A DNA stretch of 64,000 bases. Origin: a bacterium. GTDB taxonomy: Bacteria > Hinthialibacterota > Hinthialibacteria > Hinthialibacterales > Hinthialibacteraceae. The DNA lies in contig CAXXSM010000076.1 of the NCBI GenBank assembly GCA_963663405.2, positions 1 through 64,000 of the forward strand, given 5' to 3'. The notes below the pieces were generated by a model. It was not told where the DNA came from, did not search any database, and saw only the letters and a program-made list of their open reading frames with translations. The position numbers and the translations under genes are program-made. Numbering within the stretch: position 1 is the stretch's first letter; each line of letters opens with the position of its first letter. This document shows positions 63,060-64,000 of the stretch, in pieces.

Positions 63060-64000
63060 GATTTGGATCACCAGAAATACTCAACGCGCTTTGGCTCCTG
63101 CTCCCGCTGTTCTTCTTTTTACGCTGGGCTTGGAAGGCCCGTCTGAAGGCGCTCCAGCGGTTTGGGAATCTGGAGCTGATTGAAAAATTAATGCGTAGTG
63201 TCAGCCGCGAAAAACAACGGCTCAAATTGGTCTTGATCTTTTTCGTCTTCGCCTTCTCTCTTTTTGCGCTGGCGCAGCCGAAATGGGGCCAGAAAGAGTT
63301 CGAAATTGTCTCCCGCGGCAGCGACGTCATCATCGCGCTCGATGTCTCGCGCAGCATGTTGGCCGAAGATATCAAACCCAACCGCCTTGCCAAAGCGAAG
63401 CAGGAAATTCTCTCCCTGATCGATCACATGCGGGGCAACCGTATCGGTCTTATCATCTTCGCCGGAGACGCCTTCGTACAATGTCCATTAACTCTGGACT
63501 ACGCCGCCGCCAAGCTGTTGTTGCGGGAAGTGGAAGTCGGATCGGTTCCTGTGCCCGGCACTGCGATCGGCTCCGCCATCGACAAGGCGATCGCATCCTA
63601 TCCCCAAGGTGACCGCGAATCCCGCGTGCTTATTCTCATCACCGATGGGGAAGATACGGTCAGCGATCCACTGAAAGCGGTGGAACGGGCGGAAGAGGAA
63701 AACGTCTTGATCTACACCATCGGCATCGGCGATTCGGCGGGTGTGCCGATCCCCATCCGGAATGAAGATGGAAACGTGGAAGAATATGTGACGGATGGAT
63801 CGGGAAAAGCCCACTCCAGCAAACTCGATGAAGAAACACTCCGAACCATCGCCCTGACCACAGGTGGCGCTTATCACGGTGTCCGGTCGGCGTTCAAACT
63901 GATCGAAATTTACGAACATATGGAACAACGGAGACAGGCGCGGTATCTCGAATCACGGTTCATTTCCCAGTTTGAGGAACGGTACCAGTTTTTCCTGTTC
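63056..64000 (+). CDS. batB: BatB-like VWA domain protein, partial
   Basis: Manual translation from ATG 63056 gives MRFGSPEIL...ALAQPKWG...DVSRSMLAEDIKPNRL...CPLTLD...LITDGED; open to the window end. Confidence 0.85.
   Translation, partial: MRFGSPEILNALWLLLPLFFFLRWAWKARLKALQRFGNLELIEKLMRSVSREKQRLKLVLIFFVFAFSLFALAQPKWGQKEFEIVSRGSDVIIALDVSRSMLAEDIKPNRLAKAKQEILSLIDHMRGNRIGLIIFAGDAFVQCPLTLDYAAAKLLLREVEVGSVPVPGTAIGSAIDKAIASYPQGDRESRVLILITDGEDTVSDPLKAVERAEEENVLIYTIGIGDSAGVPIPIRNEDGNVEEYVTDGSGKAHSSKLDEETLRTIALTTGGAYHGVRSAFKLIEIYEHMEQRRQARYLESRFISQFEERYQFFLF

Overview
Bacterial chromosomal window of moderate GC with no rRNA, tRNA, CRISPR array or transposase visible. In order: (i) an ECF-type Ni/Co uptake operon (cbiM, NikL/CbiL-like, cbiQ, cbiO partial); (ii) a Tat-exported arylsulfatase divergent from a secreted FGE/SUMF1-domain protein; (iii) a dcw cluster on the minus strand (mraZ rsmH ftsL ftsI murE mraY murD ftsW murG murC ftsQ ftsA ftsZ, without murF, murB or ddl); (iv) accessory genes: AsmA/DUF748-like protein, Cache-PAS-PAS hybrid kinase, FapA/DUF342, TPR protein, serine hydrolase, FecR/DUF6600 repeat protein, a membrane-spanning CHAT protease, DUF5107-TPR protein, S9 peptidase and lipA; (v) a long plus-strand run degP-grpE-dnaK-fmdB-like followed by a MoxR/Bat cluster into which a GT2 and a PpiC foldase are inserted. 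Four genes carry single +1 frameshifts, probably assembly errors. The most notable items are the CHAT-~7TM-TPR putative transmembrane caspase-like receptor, a three-tier nested MITE/REP element at 45.9-46.2 kb, a dispersed ~90 bp hairpin repeat with one copy inside the dcw operon, and the modified MoxR/Bat operon. All family assignments come from motif recognition by eye; no database search was run.
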